Of a stretch of DNA of 32,860 bases, positions 32,767-32,860 are shown one piece after another; within the stretch, counting starts at the first letter, position 1; each line of letters opens with the position of its first letter. A model generated the notes under the pieces. It did no database searches. It saw only the letters and a list, made by a program, of their open reading frames with translations, and was not told the DNA's origin. The DNA is taken from the IMG/VR virus record IMGVR_UViG_3300017774_002720, positions 1 through 32,860 of that record; one strand, 5' to 3'. The position numbers were made by a program, and so were the translations under genes. The stretch comes from a virus. Lineage: Duplodnaviria; Caudoviricetes.

Positions 32767-32860
32767 TTTGTTTATTTTAAATTTAATTAATATTGTTACC
32801 ATTACTTCCCTTACATATTCCATAAGTTATCAGCAAAGCATACAGCAATAGCCAATAACA

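Noticed and set aside
25839-32780. Plus-strand ORFs in the early arm (25839, 29085, 29443, 29921, 31522, 32463)
   Set aside because: They are antisense shadows of a tightly packed minus-strand operon.
1-32860. Stop-codon reassignment as in some crAss-like phages
   Set aside because: Long genes are intact in the standard code. TAG (14765, 16527, 17613, 24171, 30771) and TGA (23427, 23705, 25752) end genes right next to the following start or a terminator.
32811-32860. 3' end of a small hydrophobic minus-strand ORF (...LLAIAVCFADNLWNM-stop)
   Set aside because: Only 15 codons are visible at the window edge, too little to support a feature.

Overview
The window is a fragment of an AT-rich Bacteroidota phage genome with a podovirus-type, crAss-like head module, organised as two convergent arms. 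The + arm (1-24638) is the late module: the 3' part of a giant probable virion/ejection protein, a ferritin, terminase, portal, scaffold, major capsid protein, adaptor and fibre genes, and a lysis cassette (holins, DEDD exonuclease, unimolecular-spanin-like lipoprotein, GH24 lysozyme). The - arm (24639-32860) holds small early/accessory genes, including DUF932 and Sm-like/WYL_2 proteins and several exported proteins. The strongest signal is that three genes in the fibre module (16531, 17617, 20601) encode Sec signal peptides. The 923-aa fibre-like protein is also dense in the Bacteroidota O-glycosylation sequon D-[ST]-[AILVMT] (23 canonical sites by manual count), while the signal-less 443-aa fibre is not. 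This suggests fibres that are exported to the periplasm, disulfide-bonded and glycosylated by the host. Other signals are a roughly 7-fold excess of GGGAAG/CTTCCC, a chain of overlapping palindromes that also forms a small Cys-rich ORF, a probable split adaptor gene around a fibre cassette, a secreted SprB-repeat mini-protein, and a conserved CTAAAC leader motif. All family calls come from motif recognition by eye and all counts are manual; no database search was run.
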